From Rebecca billardiae RCC1528 (Eukaryota > Protista > Haptophyta), in NCBI GenBank assembly GCA_965240325.2, contig OZ251224.1, positions 124,001 to 188,000 of the forward strand: a DNA stretch of 64,000 nt, read 5' to 3'. A program made the position numbers and the translations under genes. This document shows positions 49,118 to 59,465 of the stretch, in pieces (within the stretch, counting starts at the first letter, position 1; every line of letters starts with the position of its first letter). The notes below the pieces were generated by a model. It searched no databases. It was not told the DNA's origin and saw only the letters and a program-made list of their open reading frames with translations.

Positions 49118-51771
49118 CACAGTGCGCTAACACGGGCCGAAAGTTGAATGAGAGGCGTCACGCTGGCTGTCGACGCGCGCGCTGGCCGACCGTCCTCAAG
49201 AGGCCGTGATCGGCGGCGTAGACCGCGCGGCGGACCTCGCGAGAGAGCCTAGTCCTAGTCTTCAGCGGCGCTGATCAACGCCTTCCTCCTCCTTCGCCTC
49301 GAGAGCAGCTCCACATGACACGCGCCGAGACGGCCGCAAAGCGACTCCGAAGCGACTCTGCGAGCGCGCCGCCGGCTGCTCTGAGCATGCGGAGATGGTC
49401 GGCTCTTTCGGGTGCGCGGCATGCGCGCTGGATTGCTGACTTTCATGGTCCAGCTCGGCTGCTCGAAACGTGCACGTCTGCTCTCGCATGCTGGCACGAC
49501 TCACGCTCTCCAAACTGACCGCTGCTCATATCAGGGCATGCTGCAGCAATCTCATCCTCAATCGCATCCCAGCGGCACCCGGGCACAGACGCAGGTGCAC
49601 ATCGACCTGGAGTGGCTGTCGTCGTCGCCACTACCTCTCGGCTGGCGCTCAGCACCAAGTTGCCGCGTAAATGAACGCGCGCGCGACGGCTTTCTGACCA
49701 CGGCCCGTGTTGTGCAGGTCGTGGTCACATGTGAGCGCGGCGCTGCGGAGACGGGGCGGGGTCTCGCACGCCAGTGGCGCTGGCAGCGTGCCGCGCCGCA
49801 GATCGCATCGCGCCGCGCCGTGCTGCGCTGCTCGCGCTGCTGTCAGCCAGGTCGGAGTTCGCGGTCGGTCGTCATGACGTCACTGTCAGCGGCTCCCGCC
49901 AGCCGTCGTCGCACCCGGCGGCCCGAGCTCAGCTGAGAGTGAGGCAGCGCGTCTACGAAGAGGCGATGCGCAACTACAGCAGCATGCAATCAGCGTGGCG
50001 TGCCGCGCCCGCGGGCTCCCCAAGCCTGCCGACTCATCCGCCAGCCAGCCGTCCGCCGACGCGACGCGAGCTCGGACTGATGGCCGTCGGGTCTGCAGTG
50101 GCCGTGCGTCGACGCGCGGGCACGCTGCCCGCGTCGCTGTAATCGATCCCGTGCTGCGTGCGCATACAGGTTTCGTCCGCGGTCGGCCAGTCATCAAATT
50201 TTATTAGCGCAGCAGGCGAGCAGTTCGCATGACGACAACTGCTACTCCTATACGCGCAAGCTACGACCGGGCTATAGCCATAGGCCGCGCGCTACTCTGC
50301 GCGAGTCTCAGCTGCGCCTGGTACGCGGACGTATACCGGGTGCAGTCAGCGGGTCAGCCGATGACACGGTCACTCGGGGCGCGGTCAGGGCGCCGCCGCG
50401 AAGTCAGCACAGTGGTGATGCGCCGAAAACGTGCAAGCGCGTCACGAGGAGACCCCAGACAATCACGCCGGCCACTCGTCGTGCGTGTTTCGTCGCCTGC
50501 TCCACTCAGCCCTCGAGTCAAGCTCAGGTGCCCCTGTGGAGGCAACCCGAGCGCCCAGATGCGCGGCCTCGGGAATCTCCAGCGCGCGCGTACGCGTGCA
50601 GATCTCCTCCCCCGCCTTGAGCGCATGGGGGCCGGACGATACGACTGGATGGCAAGAACGCGTGCTTCTGGCACCTTCGGTGTGCAACGCAGGGTGCTCG
50701 TGCATCAGCTGCGCCCAGTAAGCCACTCGCACGCCAGCTGGGATGCTCGGGCTCATCGCCAGCCACACTGCTCGAGTGCCCGTCGTGTGCCGTATGCTCA
50801 GCAGCACAGCCGACGGGGCACATCTGATGCAGCGTATTCTGACACTGCGCGTGTAGTGAGCTCGTACGCCAGCCCACTGCCTGCGCAGCCCGCTTGATCC
50901 CGATGATCGAGCCAACACGTGGATCCCATGCGCCTGCGCGAGCGCGGCCGCGGCGCGCCCGCGAATGCAAGGGGGTGCAGCTCGTGAACGGTGGAACGCA
51001 GCTGTGATGCACTGGGTCATGCGCGTACAGCGAACAATTTCAGCCGTGTAACTTTCTGCGATGCCCTCCTAGACCCCGCTGTCAGCCGCCGTGTGGCGCG
51101 GCGCGCGCAAGGTGCGCGCGCAGGCTGCCGAGCACCCGGCACGCGCACTCCGGTCAGAGGCGGACGGAGGCGGCCGCGATGGGAGGCATGACCCGCGAGC
51201 CCGAACGAGCGTAGGTGATGCAGAACTCAGCCGCCCCCCGTCTTGGCGCACGCCATGCGGCTGGCGTCTCTGCGCGCGCATGTTCGCGTGCGGATTTCAG
51301 ATGTTCCTGCTCGCGAAGCGAGCGCGGAGAGCCCGCGAATTGAGGGGGGGTGCAGCTCGTCAACGGCGAAACGCAGCTGTGCTACCTTTGATGATGCGTG
51401 TACACCGAACAATTTCAGCCACGTAACTTTCTGCGATTCCCTCCTAGACCCCCCCGTCAGCCGCGGTGTGGCGCGGCGCGCGGGAGGCGATGTCGCCGAC
51501 TGCTGGCGCACCTGCACGCGCACTCTGGTCAAAGGCGGACGGAGGCGGCCGCGATGGGAGGCATGACCCGCGAGCCCGAACGAGCGTAGGTGATGCAGAA
51601 CTCAGCCGCCCCCCGTCTTGGCGCACGCCATGCGGCTGGCGTCGCTGCGCGCGCGTGTTCGCGCGCGGATGGCTGCGCCAGCGATGGCGGCCGGCCTCCG
51701 CGAAAACGTCCCTGATCGCGGAATCGGCCGATTCTGCCAATTCAACTTTCGGTGCCGGCTAGCGCACTGTG
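49118..51771. mobile_element. Putative non-autonomous CMC/Transib-like DNA transposon with bipartite CACAGTG TIRs
   Basis: Left CACAGTGCGCTA-acacggg-CCGAAAGTTGAAT; right (reverse complement) CACAGTGCGCTA-gccggca-CCGAAAGTTGAAT. No TSD and no intact transposase seen. Confidence 0.65.
50960..51670. repeat. ~375-bp imperfect tandem duplication near the right end of the CACAGTG element
   Basis: GAACAATTTCAGCC..TAACTTTCTGCGAT and GGAGGCGGCCGCGATGGGAGGCATGACCCGCGAGCCCGAACGAGCGTAGG each occur twice. Confidence 0.85.
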
Positions 51772-51791
51772 ATGATCGACGAAGCGAGCCT

Positions 51792-54700
51792 TGTCAAAGG
51801 GTGAAGAGAGCGACGGGGCCGTGAGGCCCGAGGCATGACGCTGAGGCTCGTCGGTGCGGACGACGAGGAGTTGGGAGTTCGACTCGAGGTGCGGTGAAGC
51901 GATGAAGCGACACGGAACTGAACTGCCCTGGCGAGGAAGGAATCCCGAGCCGTCTAAGACTGTGCTGGAGGCACTGATAGCCATCAACGGGTAAGTCGGG
52001 AAAGTGGCCATGATGGGCGCGTGTATGATCCCGACTCGATAATGAATGTCGGTGTAGTCTGGTGTAGTGTGACGGTTGGTGATCCGGGTGTGTACGCACG
52101 GGAGAGCGAGTCCGGGTAACGTTGGATCTTGACACCCCCACCCAATCGCAGCGGTGGTCGTACGAAACCTGGTCGACCCGAAGGGACTGGGTGTAGACGT
52201 GTGACCATCGTGTGATTGTAGATGATGCGATGTTGCCGTATGGGATGCATGCGTCGGAGCGGTTGTCCGAGTAGACGATGTAGAAGTCGGGCGAGTCGGT
52301 GCCGGCAGCGTCTCCGTTCAGAAGAGACAGCGTGAGGTCAATGTGCGTCCGACGAGCGGCGACCGATGTAGCACTGGGACTTCGTGTATGCGGCGAGGCC
52401 TTACATGCCCAGGATCTGAGCACGAAGTTTGAGGAAGGCTGCCGGGCCGAGCGGCTTGGTCATGATGTCGGCCGGGTTCTCGGTGCCGGGGATCAAGAAG
52501 AGCTTGAAGGTGCCGGCGCGGGCGTGCTGACGGTTCCAGTGGTACTGGACGTCGATGTGCTTGGTGCGGTTGTGGTACTTCTCGTTGTCCGTGAGGTCCA
52601 CCACCGCCTTGTTGTCCTCGAAGAGCTTGGTCGGCGCGAGCTGCGGGTAGCCGAGGTCGGTGAGCAGCTTGCGCATGAAGATGATCTCCTTGCCGGCGGA
52701 GGTGACGGCCATGTACTCAGCTTCGGTCGAGCTCAGAGCCGTCGTGCGCTGCTTCTCGCGGCGGCCGCTCACCGTCGAGCCGCAGAGGTGCATCACGTAG
52801 CCGGTGACAGACTTGCGCTCGTCGTGGAGGTCGTTGGCGTAGTCGGCGTCCACGTACGCGACGAGCATGACGTCCGAGCCCGAGCGGAAGAAGAGGCCGT
52901 GGTTCGGCGTGCCGGCGAGGTAGCGGATGACGCGCTTGGCAGCCTCGAGGTGCTTCTTGCCCGGCTTGGACATGAAGTGGGTGAGCGTGCCGACGGCGTA
53001 GGCGATGTCCGGGCGAAACTGCGTGATGTGGATGAGCGAGCCGACCACGGAGCGGAAGAACGTCGTCGTCTCCGCGTCGAGCGCGTCTGACTCGGAGCAC
53101 GGGCCGAGCTTGAGGCCCTCGGTCATCGGCGTGTCGGACGTGTTGCAGTTCATGAAGCCCGTCTTCTCGAGGAGCTCGAGGATGTTCTTGGTGACGGTCA
53201 CCATGATGCCGTCCTTGGAGCGCGTGAGCGTGGCCGACAGGTAGCCGTCGATGTCGGCCGTGATGGTCATCTTGTACGAGGATGTGATCTTCGAGATGAA
53301 GTTGTCGCAGGCGGTCGGGTCGTCGCTGTCGTCGAGGATGAGCATGTCGTCCACGTAGATGCACACGGCGATGATGCCCGACTGCGTGTTGAGGACATAG
53401 AGGCACGGGTCGGCCTGGCTCTGCGCGAACCCGTACTCCTTCATCCAGTCGTCGATCATGAGACGCCAGTTGCGGCCGGACTGCTTGAGACCGTAGAGGC
53501 TCTTGAGGAGGCGCAGCACGACGTCGCCCTTCGTCGTCGGCTTGTACCCGAGCGGCAGCTCGAGGTAGATCTCGTAGTCGATCGGCGCGTTGAGGTACGC
53601 CGTCGTGAAGTCGCCGTGGAAGAGGCGGCGCTGCTTGGCCGCGGCGATGGCGATGATCATCTTGAGGGTCTCGTAGCGGACGACCGAGGAGAAGGTCTCG
53701 TCGTAGTCGATGCCCTCGATCTGCGTGAAGCCCTTGCCCACGACGCGGGCCTTGAACCGCTTGATGTTGCCCTTCTTGTCGCGCTTGATGTTGAACACGG
53801 GCGCCGCCTTCAGCGTGCGCATCCCCGGCTTGCGCGGCACCTCCACCCACGTGTCGTTGGCCAGGATGGAGGCGTACTCGGCATCGAGAGCGGCGGCGAA
53901 CTGCGTCGCATGCGGGCCGTTGAGTGCTTGCACCGCCGTCGGCGTGTCCGAGAGTCCGATGGCGAGCAGGAGCGCGTAGATGCGCGGCAGCTTGGAGTAA
54001 GTCGGCGACGCGACCGAGTTGACGTGTGCGCGCGCGCGCGTGCGAGATGAGGGCGGGTCGTCGTCGTTGAGCGCGTTGCCGACATCGAGGGAGTCCTCGG
54101 CGCCGGCGGCGTCGTCGTCAGCGTCTCCGACGTAGGCGTGCGGTGCGTCCCCCACCCGCTCAGCGTGTCCGAATGCGCCGGCGCCATCGCGGCGCCGGAC
54201 GGCGCCGTGGGAACTTCCCCCATTACCCACATCGGCAGCATGGAGGTCGAGCGGCGGCGGCGTCGGCGGCAGCTGCGGCGCGGCGGCGAGCGGGTCGCGC
54301 GCGATGTGAGCGGCGTCGGGGTGGTCGACGTAGAGCGTGTCCTCGTCGAAGCGCACGTGGTGCGAGATGATGAACATGTCCGGGACGATCTGGCCGTCGC
54401 CGGGCACGCGTACGATGATCGCCTTCGTGTAGCGCGTGCGGTTCTTGGGCGGGACGTTCACCATGTGGCCGTCGTCGCCGTGGCCGACGTAGACGCCCAT
54501 GACGGCGCGCGGGTCGAGCTTCTTGAAGTGCGTGTTCGGCGGCACGACGTAGGCGACGCAGCCGAAGACACGCAGCTGAGCGAGATCTGGCGGGAAGCCG
54601 CGCAGCAGCTCGAACGGCGTCTTGTCGAACGTCACCGGCGTGGCGATGCGGCGGATGATGTACGCGGCGTGGCGCAGCGCGTCCTTGGCGTAGGCGTCGA

Positions 54701-57700
54701 TGCGCAGCTTGGAGTGGAACAGGATCGAGCGCGCCGCGTTGAAGAGCGTCTGGATGAAGCGCTCGGCGATCGGGTTGTGCTGCGGCGTGTCGGGCGGCGT
54801 GACCTGGTTGGGGGCGATGCCGTGCGCGCGGCAGATGCCCTCCCAGTCGGTCGAGTTGAGCTCGGGGGCGCCGTCGACGCGGAAGCGGCTGACGGTGTGG
54901 CCGTAGACCGACATGTCGTCGATGAAGCGTCGCATCGCCTCCGGTGCGTCCGAGCGGCGGTCGAGGAAGTAGATGAAGCCGGCCCGGGTGTAGTCGTCGA
55001 CAAACACGATCACGTAGAACTTGGCAAAATCGTCCGGGTTCACGATGAACTTGCCGTCGACGTAGCCGGCGACGTCGACATGGACGAGCACGAACGCCTT
55101 CTCCGAGCGGGGCGACGTGGACGTGAACGAGTTGCGCTTCATCTTGGCGAGCGCGCACGAGCAGTCCGACTTGAGGTTGCGCGCGCCGAGGTGCTTGGAT
55201 GCGGCGAGCGTGCGGTTGACGGCAGCTGCGTGAGCGTGGCCGAGCCGGAGGTGAGCGACGCGCGAGAGCTCGTCGGTGTCCTTGAACTCGACGCAGCACT
55301 CGTCGCAGAACGTGTCGTCGTCCGGCGCGAGGTCGGCGGTCTGCGAGGCCTGGTCCATGGTCACGATGACGAGAGCGCCGTCGGACGTGGGCGGCTGCGC
55401 CGGCGGCGGCGGCAGCGAGGACTGGAGCGGGGCGGGCGGCACGTGGAGGCCGGACGCGGCGATGGTGGGCGACGGCGAGTCGTCGTCCGGGATGAAGACG
55501 GCGCATGCGAGATCGCGGCCGTGCAGAGGAACGAGCTTGTCGCCGTACAGTAGGTACCGGCCGCCCTGCGCGTGGATCGGGGTGGCGCCGGACATGAAGG
55601 TGGTCGGCGCCGCGAGCGAGATGAACGAGATGCCGAGGCGGGTCAGCCAAGTGTCGCTCATGTAGAAGCCCGGGACGTCTGGAGAGAGCGGGACGTCCAT
55701 GAGCGGCAGCGTGATGAGGTCGCCGTCGATCGAGCGCATGCCGAGGGCGAACGAGGCCGAGGTGTTGATCTTGATCCGCGTGCCGTTCGCCGCGCGCGCC
55801 TCCGAGAACTGGCGGAAGGACTTGGCGGCAAACCGAGAGAACGCGGTCGAGGCGATGGTGGTGTCCGCGCCGGTGTCGATCATGATCGAGATGCTCGCCT
55901 GGGCGATGTCGCCTGTGAACGGCGTGCCGATGGCGAAGGAGATCGTCGAGTGCACGTTCTCAATCTCCTCCGGATCGGCGAGCAACGGCTGCTGGATGCA
56001 GGTCGGGTTGATCGGGTCAAACGAGCGGGAGACGCCGCAGATGATGGGCGGGCCGGTGCAGGCGCAGCAGGTGACCGCGGTGAGGATCAAGATGATGGCG
56101 AGGACGGCGAGCGCGACGAGGAAGAGGATGGCACCGTGCGAGGACTTGAAGAGCGCGCGGAGCCGACCCTCGTGCTTGAACCGCGGCGACGGCGGCTCGT
56201 ACTGGACGATCAGGTCATCGATGTAGGCGCCGGCGTCACCGAAAGGCCGTGCGCGATGGATCTCGGCCTCGGCCGCGGCGGCTGCGGCGAGGAACTCGTA
56301 CGGGCTGAGCGTGAGCGGCTCTCCGGCGAGCTGGCCGAGGTGGCCGAGCGGGTAGGTGTGGTTGCCCGCGATGGAGACGTCGTCCAGGCTGGGGCAGTCG
56401 TCGGACGTGTCCGAGGCCGCGTCCGAAGCCGAGGTCGTGGACGAGGGAGTGCACGGGACAAGGTCCGGCAGCTCATCGTCCGTCTCCGAGGCCGAGTCGG
56501 AGGCGGAGGCGTCGCGGTCGTCCGGGGGGTTGGCGAGACGGAACGGCTTGAGGTGGAACGACTTGCGGTAGAAGACGGGCTTGCGGATGGACTGGCGCAA
56601 CGCCATGATGATCACATTGTGGCCGCGCTCGAGCTCGGCCGCCGTCGCGAGCTGGATCGGGGAGCCGGCCTCAGACGCCGGCGGCGACGGCGAGTCGACC
56701 TGCGTCGGCGGCGACGGCGGGCCGAAGGGCGGCGGCGGCGAGCTGGCCTGCGTCGGCGGGTCGAACAGCGGCGGCGGCGGCGAGTAGAGTGCCGGCTGCT
56801 GGTCGATGAGCGACAGCGCCGGCTGCTGCGAGTCGGCGGGCGGCGGCAGCGGCGGCGTGTTGGTGAGCGCCGGCTGCGAGTTGGAGTGCGCCCGCGACAG
56901 CTGCGAGTCGGCGGGCGGCGGCGAGTTGGCGGGCGCCGGCGGCGGCGGCGGCGCGCCGGCGGGCTGCCGCGACGACGGCGTGAGGACGAGCGTCGGCAGC
57001 GAGTTGAAGCGCGCCCGCGACAGCGGCGAGTCGGCGGGCGGCTGCGAGTTGGCGGGCGGCGGCGGCGGCGCGTCGGCGTCGGTCGCCGCCGGCTGCGAGT
57101 TGGGGCCTGACGCCGAGCCCGAGATGGAGATGGCGTTGAGCGTCGGCGTGCCGTCCTGGATGAGCCGCACGCGCGTCGTGGTCGCCGACGGCTTCGCCCG
57201 CTGCGGCGTCGGCTGCGGCTGCGACTGCGAGGGCGCGGAGGGCACGCGCTGGAGCTTGTTGGACTTGTGAGTCGGGCGGCGCGCGCCGCCGGAGCGAGCG
57301 TCGGCTGCGGGCGTCGCGCCCGAGGAGCGCGAGGTGGACGTCTGGGGGCGGTTCGGGCAGTCGCGGTTCCAGTGCATGCCGCCGCAGTACTTGCACGGGG
57401 TAGGAGGCATGGATGCGCCGGGCTGGCCCTTGGAGGTGAGCGCGTTGACGGCCTGGCGGTTGGGGTTCGTGCCGTTGGCGGCGGCGGCGACGCGGTCGAG
57501 ATCGTGCACGCGCTCGATGAGATCCTCCACAGAGATGGGCTGGTCGTTCATCGTCGCGATCACCGAGCTGACGAAGGACGGGTTGCGGCCGTAGAGGTTC
57601 ACGAGGATGACGACGAGCGTGAAGATGTCGTCCTTGATCTCGACGCCGCGCAGCTCCGTGGCGTTGGACATCACACGAGCAGCAAAGGTGTGGAAGCTCT

Positions 57701-58502
57701 CGCTCGGCGACAGCTTGATCGAGAGCAGGGCGTACAGCTTGGCGACGAGCGAGGAGGGGCGGGAGCTGTTGCAGCGCACGTTGAGCGCGTTGACGAGATG
57801 AGACAGCTCGAGCCCGAGACCCGAGTGCTGCAACTGCGCGATGATCGGGTCGAGGATGCGAGGAGCGACCGCCTTGAGAAGCAACTGCACGATGAAAGCC
57901 TGCGTGCGCAGCTGCTTGGCCTGGATGGTGGCGGCGGCGGTGGACGGGGGGCAGACGATGGGCTTGTCCGCGCCGGTATCGTCCTTGCCCGGCTCGAGGG
58001 GCGAGGACGGGTTGGAGAACGCGAGCGCGACGTCCATGTCCGGCTTCGACGTGACCATGACCACAAGAACGGAGATGGCCGTGCGGAGGTCCTGCGGCTT
58101 GAGGACGAGAGCTCGCGGCGGGAGCTGGTCACGCATGTCGCCACCCGGCGGCTCCGCCATGTCAAAGGGTGAAGAGAGCGACGGGGCCGTGAGGCCCGAG
58201 GCGTGACGCTGAGGCTCGTCGGTGCGGACGACGAGGAGTTGGGAGTTCGACTCGAGGTGCGGTGAAGCGATGAAGCGACACGGAACTGAACTGCCCTGGC
58301 GAGGAAGGAATCCCGAGCCGTCTAAGACTGTGCTGGAGGCACTGATAGCCATCAACGGGTAAGTCGGGAAAGTGGCCATGATGGGCGCGTGTATGATCCC
58401 GACTCGATAATGAATGTCGGTGTAGTCTGGTGTAGTGTGACGGTTGGTGATCCGGGTGTGTACGCACGGGAGAGCGAGTCCGGGTAACGTTGGATCTTGA
58501 CA
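51792..58502 (-). mobile_element. Intact, young Ty1/copia LTR retrotransposon
   Basis: 343-bp LTRs (51792-52134 and 58160-58502), TG...CA ends, one mismatch noticed, 5-bp TSD AGCCT, PPT-like ATTGGGTGGGGG, PBS-like TGGCGGAGCCGCC. Confidence 0.98.
52401..58160 (-). CDS. gag-pol: Copia gag-pol polyprotein (Gag-PR-IN-RT-RH), 1919 aa
   Basis: CKYCGGMHWNRDC zinc knuckle, IDTGA protease, HLRLGH plus VHVD/VDG/AER integrase, SLYGLKQ and YVDD RT, DADYA/EAEY/EDN/ADIMTK RNase H. Confidence 0.96.
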   Translation of the reverse strand: MAEPPGGDMRDQLPPRALVLKPQDLRTAISVLVVMVTSKPDMDVALAFSNPSSPLEPGKDDTGADKPIVCPPSTAAATIQAKQLRTQAFIVQLLLKAVAPRILDPIIAQLQHSGLGLELSHLVNALNVRCNSSRPSSLVAKLYALLSIKLSPSESFHTFAARVMSNATELRGVEIKDDIFTLVVILVNLYGRNPSFVSSVIATMNDQPISVEDLIERVHDLDRVAAAANGTNPNRQAVNALTSKGQPGASMPPTPCKYCGGMHWNRDCPNRPQTSTSRSSGATPAADARSGGARRPTHKSNKLQRVPSAPSQSQPQPTPQRAKPSATTTRVRLIQDGTPTLNAISISGSASGPNSQPAATDADAPPPPPANSQPPADSPLSRARFNSLPTLVLTPSSRQPAGAPPPPPAPANSPPPADSQLSRAHSNSQPALTNTPPLPPPADSQQPALSLIDQQPALYSPPPPLFDPPTQASSPPPPFGPPSPPTQVDSPSPPASEAGSPIQLATAAELERGHNVIIMALRQSIRKPVFYRKSFHLKPFRLANPPDDRDASASDSASETDDELPDLVPCTPSSTTSASDAASDTSDDCPSLDDVSIAGNHTYPLGHLGQLAGEPLTLSPYEFLAAAAAAEAEIHRARPFGDAGAYIDDLIVQYEPPSPRFKHEGRLRALFKSSHGAILFLVALAVLAIILILTAVTCCACTGPPIICGVSRSFDPINPTCIQQPLLADPEEIENVHSTISFAIGTPFTGDIAQASISIMIDTGADTTIASTAFSRFAAKSFRQFSEARAANGTRIKINTSASFALGMRSIDGDLITLPLMDVPLSPDVPGFYMSDTWLTRLGISFISLAAPTTFMSGATPIHAQGGRYLLYGDKLVPLHGRDLACAVFIPDDDSPSPTIAASGLHVPPAPLQSSLPPPPAQPPTSDGALVIVTMDQASQTADLAPDDDTFCDECCVEFKDTDELSRVAHLRLGHAHAAAVNRTLAASKHLGARNLKSDCSCALAKMKRNSFTSTSPRSEKAFVLVHVDVAGYVDGKFIVNPDDFAKFYVIVFVDDYTRAGFIYFLDRRSDAPEAMRRFIDDMSVYGHTVSRFRVDGAPELNSTDWEGICRAHGIAPNQVTPPDTPQHNPIAERFIQTLFNAARSILFHSKLRIDAYAKDALRHAAYIIRRIATPVTFDKTPFELLRGFPPDLAQLRVFGCVAYVVPPNTHFKKLDPRAVMGVYVGHGDDGHMVNVPPKNRTRYTKAIIVRVPGDGQIVPDMFIISHHVRFDEDTLYVDHPDAAHIARDPLAAAPQLPPTPPPLDLHAADVGNGGSSHGAVRRRDGAGAFGHAERVGDAPHAYVGDADDDAAGAEDSLDVGNALNDDDPPSSRTRARAHVNSVASPTYSKLPRIYALLLAIGLSDTPTAVQALNGPHATQFAAALDAEYASILANDTWVEVPRKPGMRTLKAAPVFNIKRDKKGNIKRFKARVVGKGFTQIEGIDYDETFSSVVRYETLKMIIAIAAAKQRRLFHGDFTTAYLNAPIDYEIYLELPLGYKPTTKGDVVLRLLKSLYGLKQSGRNWRLMIDDWMKEYGFAQSQADPCLYVLNTQSGIIAVCIYVDDMLILDDSDDPTACDNFISKITSSYKMTITADIDGYLSATLTRSKDGIMVTVTKNILELLEKTGFMNCNTSDTPMTEGLKLGPCSESDALDAETTTFFRSVVGSLIHITQFRPDIAYAVGTLTHFMSKPGKKHLEAAKRVIRYLAGTPNHGLFFRSGSDVMLVAYVDADYANDLHDERKSVTGYVMHLCGSTVSGRREKQRTTALSSTEAEYMAVTSAGKEIIFMRKLLTDLGYPQLAPTKLFEDNKAVVDLTDNEKYHNRTKHIDVQYHWNRQHARAGTFKLFLIPGTENPADIMTKPLGPAAFLKLRAQILGM

Positions 58503-58628
58503 AGCCTGATGAAGTATCATATTATAATATATATATGCACGGATGCTGATGCTCACACGACGATGCTGTTTCGGACGTGATCGATCGACGACGACTGTTT
58601 CGACTCAAGGTAGCAGCGGCCCACGTCG

Positions 58629-59465
58629 TCACAGGAATGCGCAGTCGGGCTGCCGCACGATCCACCACGCTGGCCAAGGGTAGCAGTCGAGCCCCCACGT
58701 GACGTGCACCGAGCCGTTGACAGAGCGCGCGAAGTTCTGGACTGCTGAGATCACACCCCATTGGTTCGCTTGCTTGTAGGGAGCCCGGCCCGCGACCCAG
58801 CCCTTGCCTGGCCGCTTGGTTGAGTTCCAGTATCGCCCGTCGACGATCCGGCGGTAGCGGAGAGGCGAGAGGTACTCGGTGTTCCGAATATCGCCGTAGT
58901 CGTCCCCGCTGAACAGCCCGCCCTCGCGTAGTTTGGGCCACCACGCGCGAAGGTCCCGGGCGACTGCCTCGCGTGTGTGCAGCGCATCGACGTAGAGCCA
59001 GTCAAAGTAGCCGTCAGGGAACTTTGGGGCGGCATCGGTCGAGAGCGCCTGCATCAGCGTGTAGCGCGAGCTGTTCCCGCCCGTCGCTTTGTGAATCGCC
59101 TCCCGCGCCGTGGCCATCACGCGCCTGTGGGTGTTGGGCGACTTGAAGTTCTTATCGCCCGGGTCGCCTGGGCGCGGCGCCCACGCGTCGATCGCGTAGT
59201 AGTGCCCGCGCCAGCTCTGCACGTTGTGCGCTGCGAAGGCGCCCTCGAAGACGCCCACCTCGGCGGCGCGGCCCGTGCGGAAGAAATGCCGCTGCGCCAT
59301 CGTGGCAAAGTCGTCCCGGCAAGGGGGCGGCGCGAGCGAGCTGACGAAGCGGAAGTGCGCGGCGACCCGTGCGAGGCATGCGCCGGCCGCGGCCTCCTCG
59401 TGCGCGCCATGCGCAAGTCCAACCGCCACCACCAATCTCAGGGGCAGCCGCCATCGTCCCGTCAT
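58629..59465 (-). CDS. Class I SAM methyltransferase (Methyltransf_24-like), signal-anchored
   Basis: AEVGVFEG, YAIDAW and FDWLYVDALH..DLRAWWPKLREGGLFSGDDY. Confidence 0.88.
   Translation of the reverse strand: MTGRWRLPLRLVVAVGLAHGAHEEAAAGACLARVAAHFRFVSSLAPPPCRDDFATMAQRHFFRTGRAAEVGVFEGAFAAHNVQSWRGHYYAIDAWAPRPGDPGDKNFKSPNTHRRVMATAREAIHKATGGNSSRYTLMQALSTDAAPKFPDGYFDWLYVDALHTREAVARDLRAWWPKLREGGLFSGDDYGDIRNTEYLSPLRYRRIVDGRYWNSTKRPGKGWVAGRAPYKQANQWGVISAVQNFARSVNGSVHVTWGLDCYPWPAWWIVRQPDCAFL

Noticed and set aside
50463-51020. ORF with LKAGEEI, resembling a SET-domain motif
   Set aside because: No NHSC motif or other SET features, and it lies in degenerate transposon interior.
56205-56235. AYIDDLIV, an RT-like motif inside the copia insert
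   Set aside because: Isolated; no other RT motifs nearby, and the true YVDD lies downstream.
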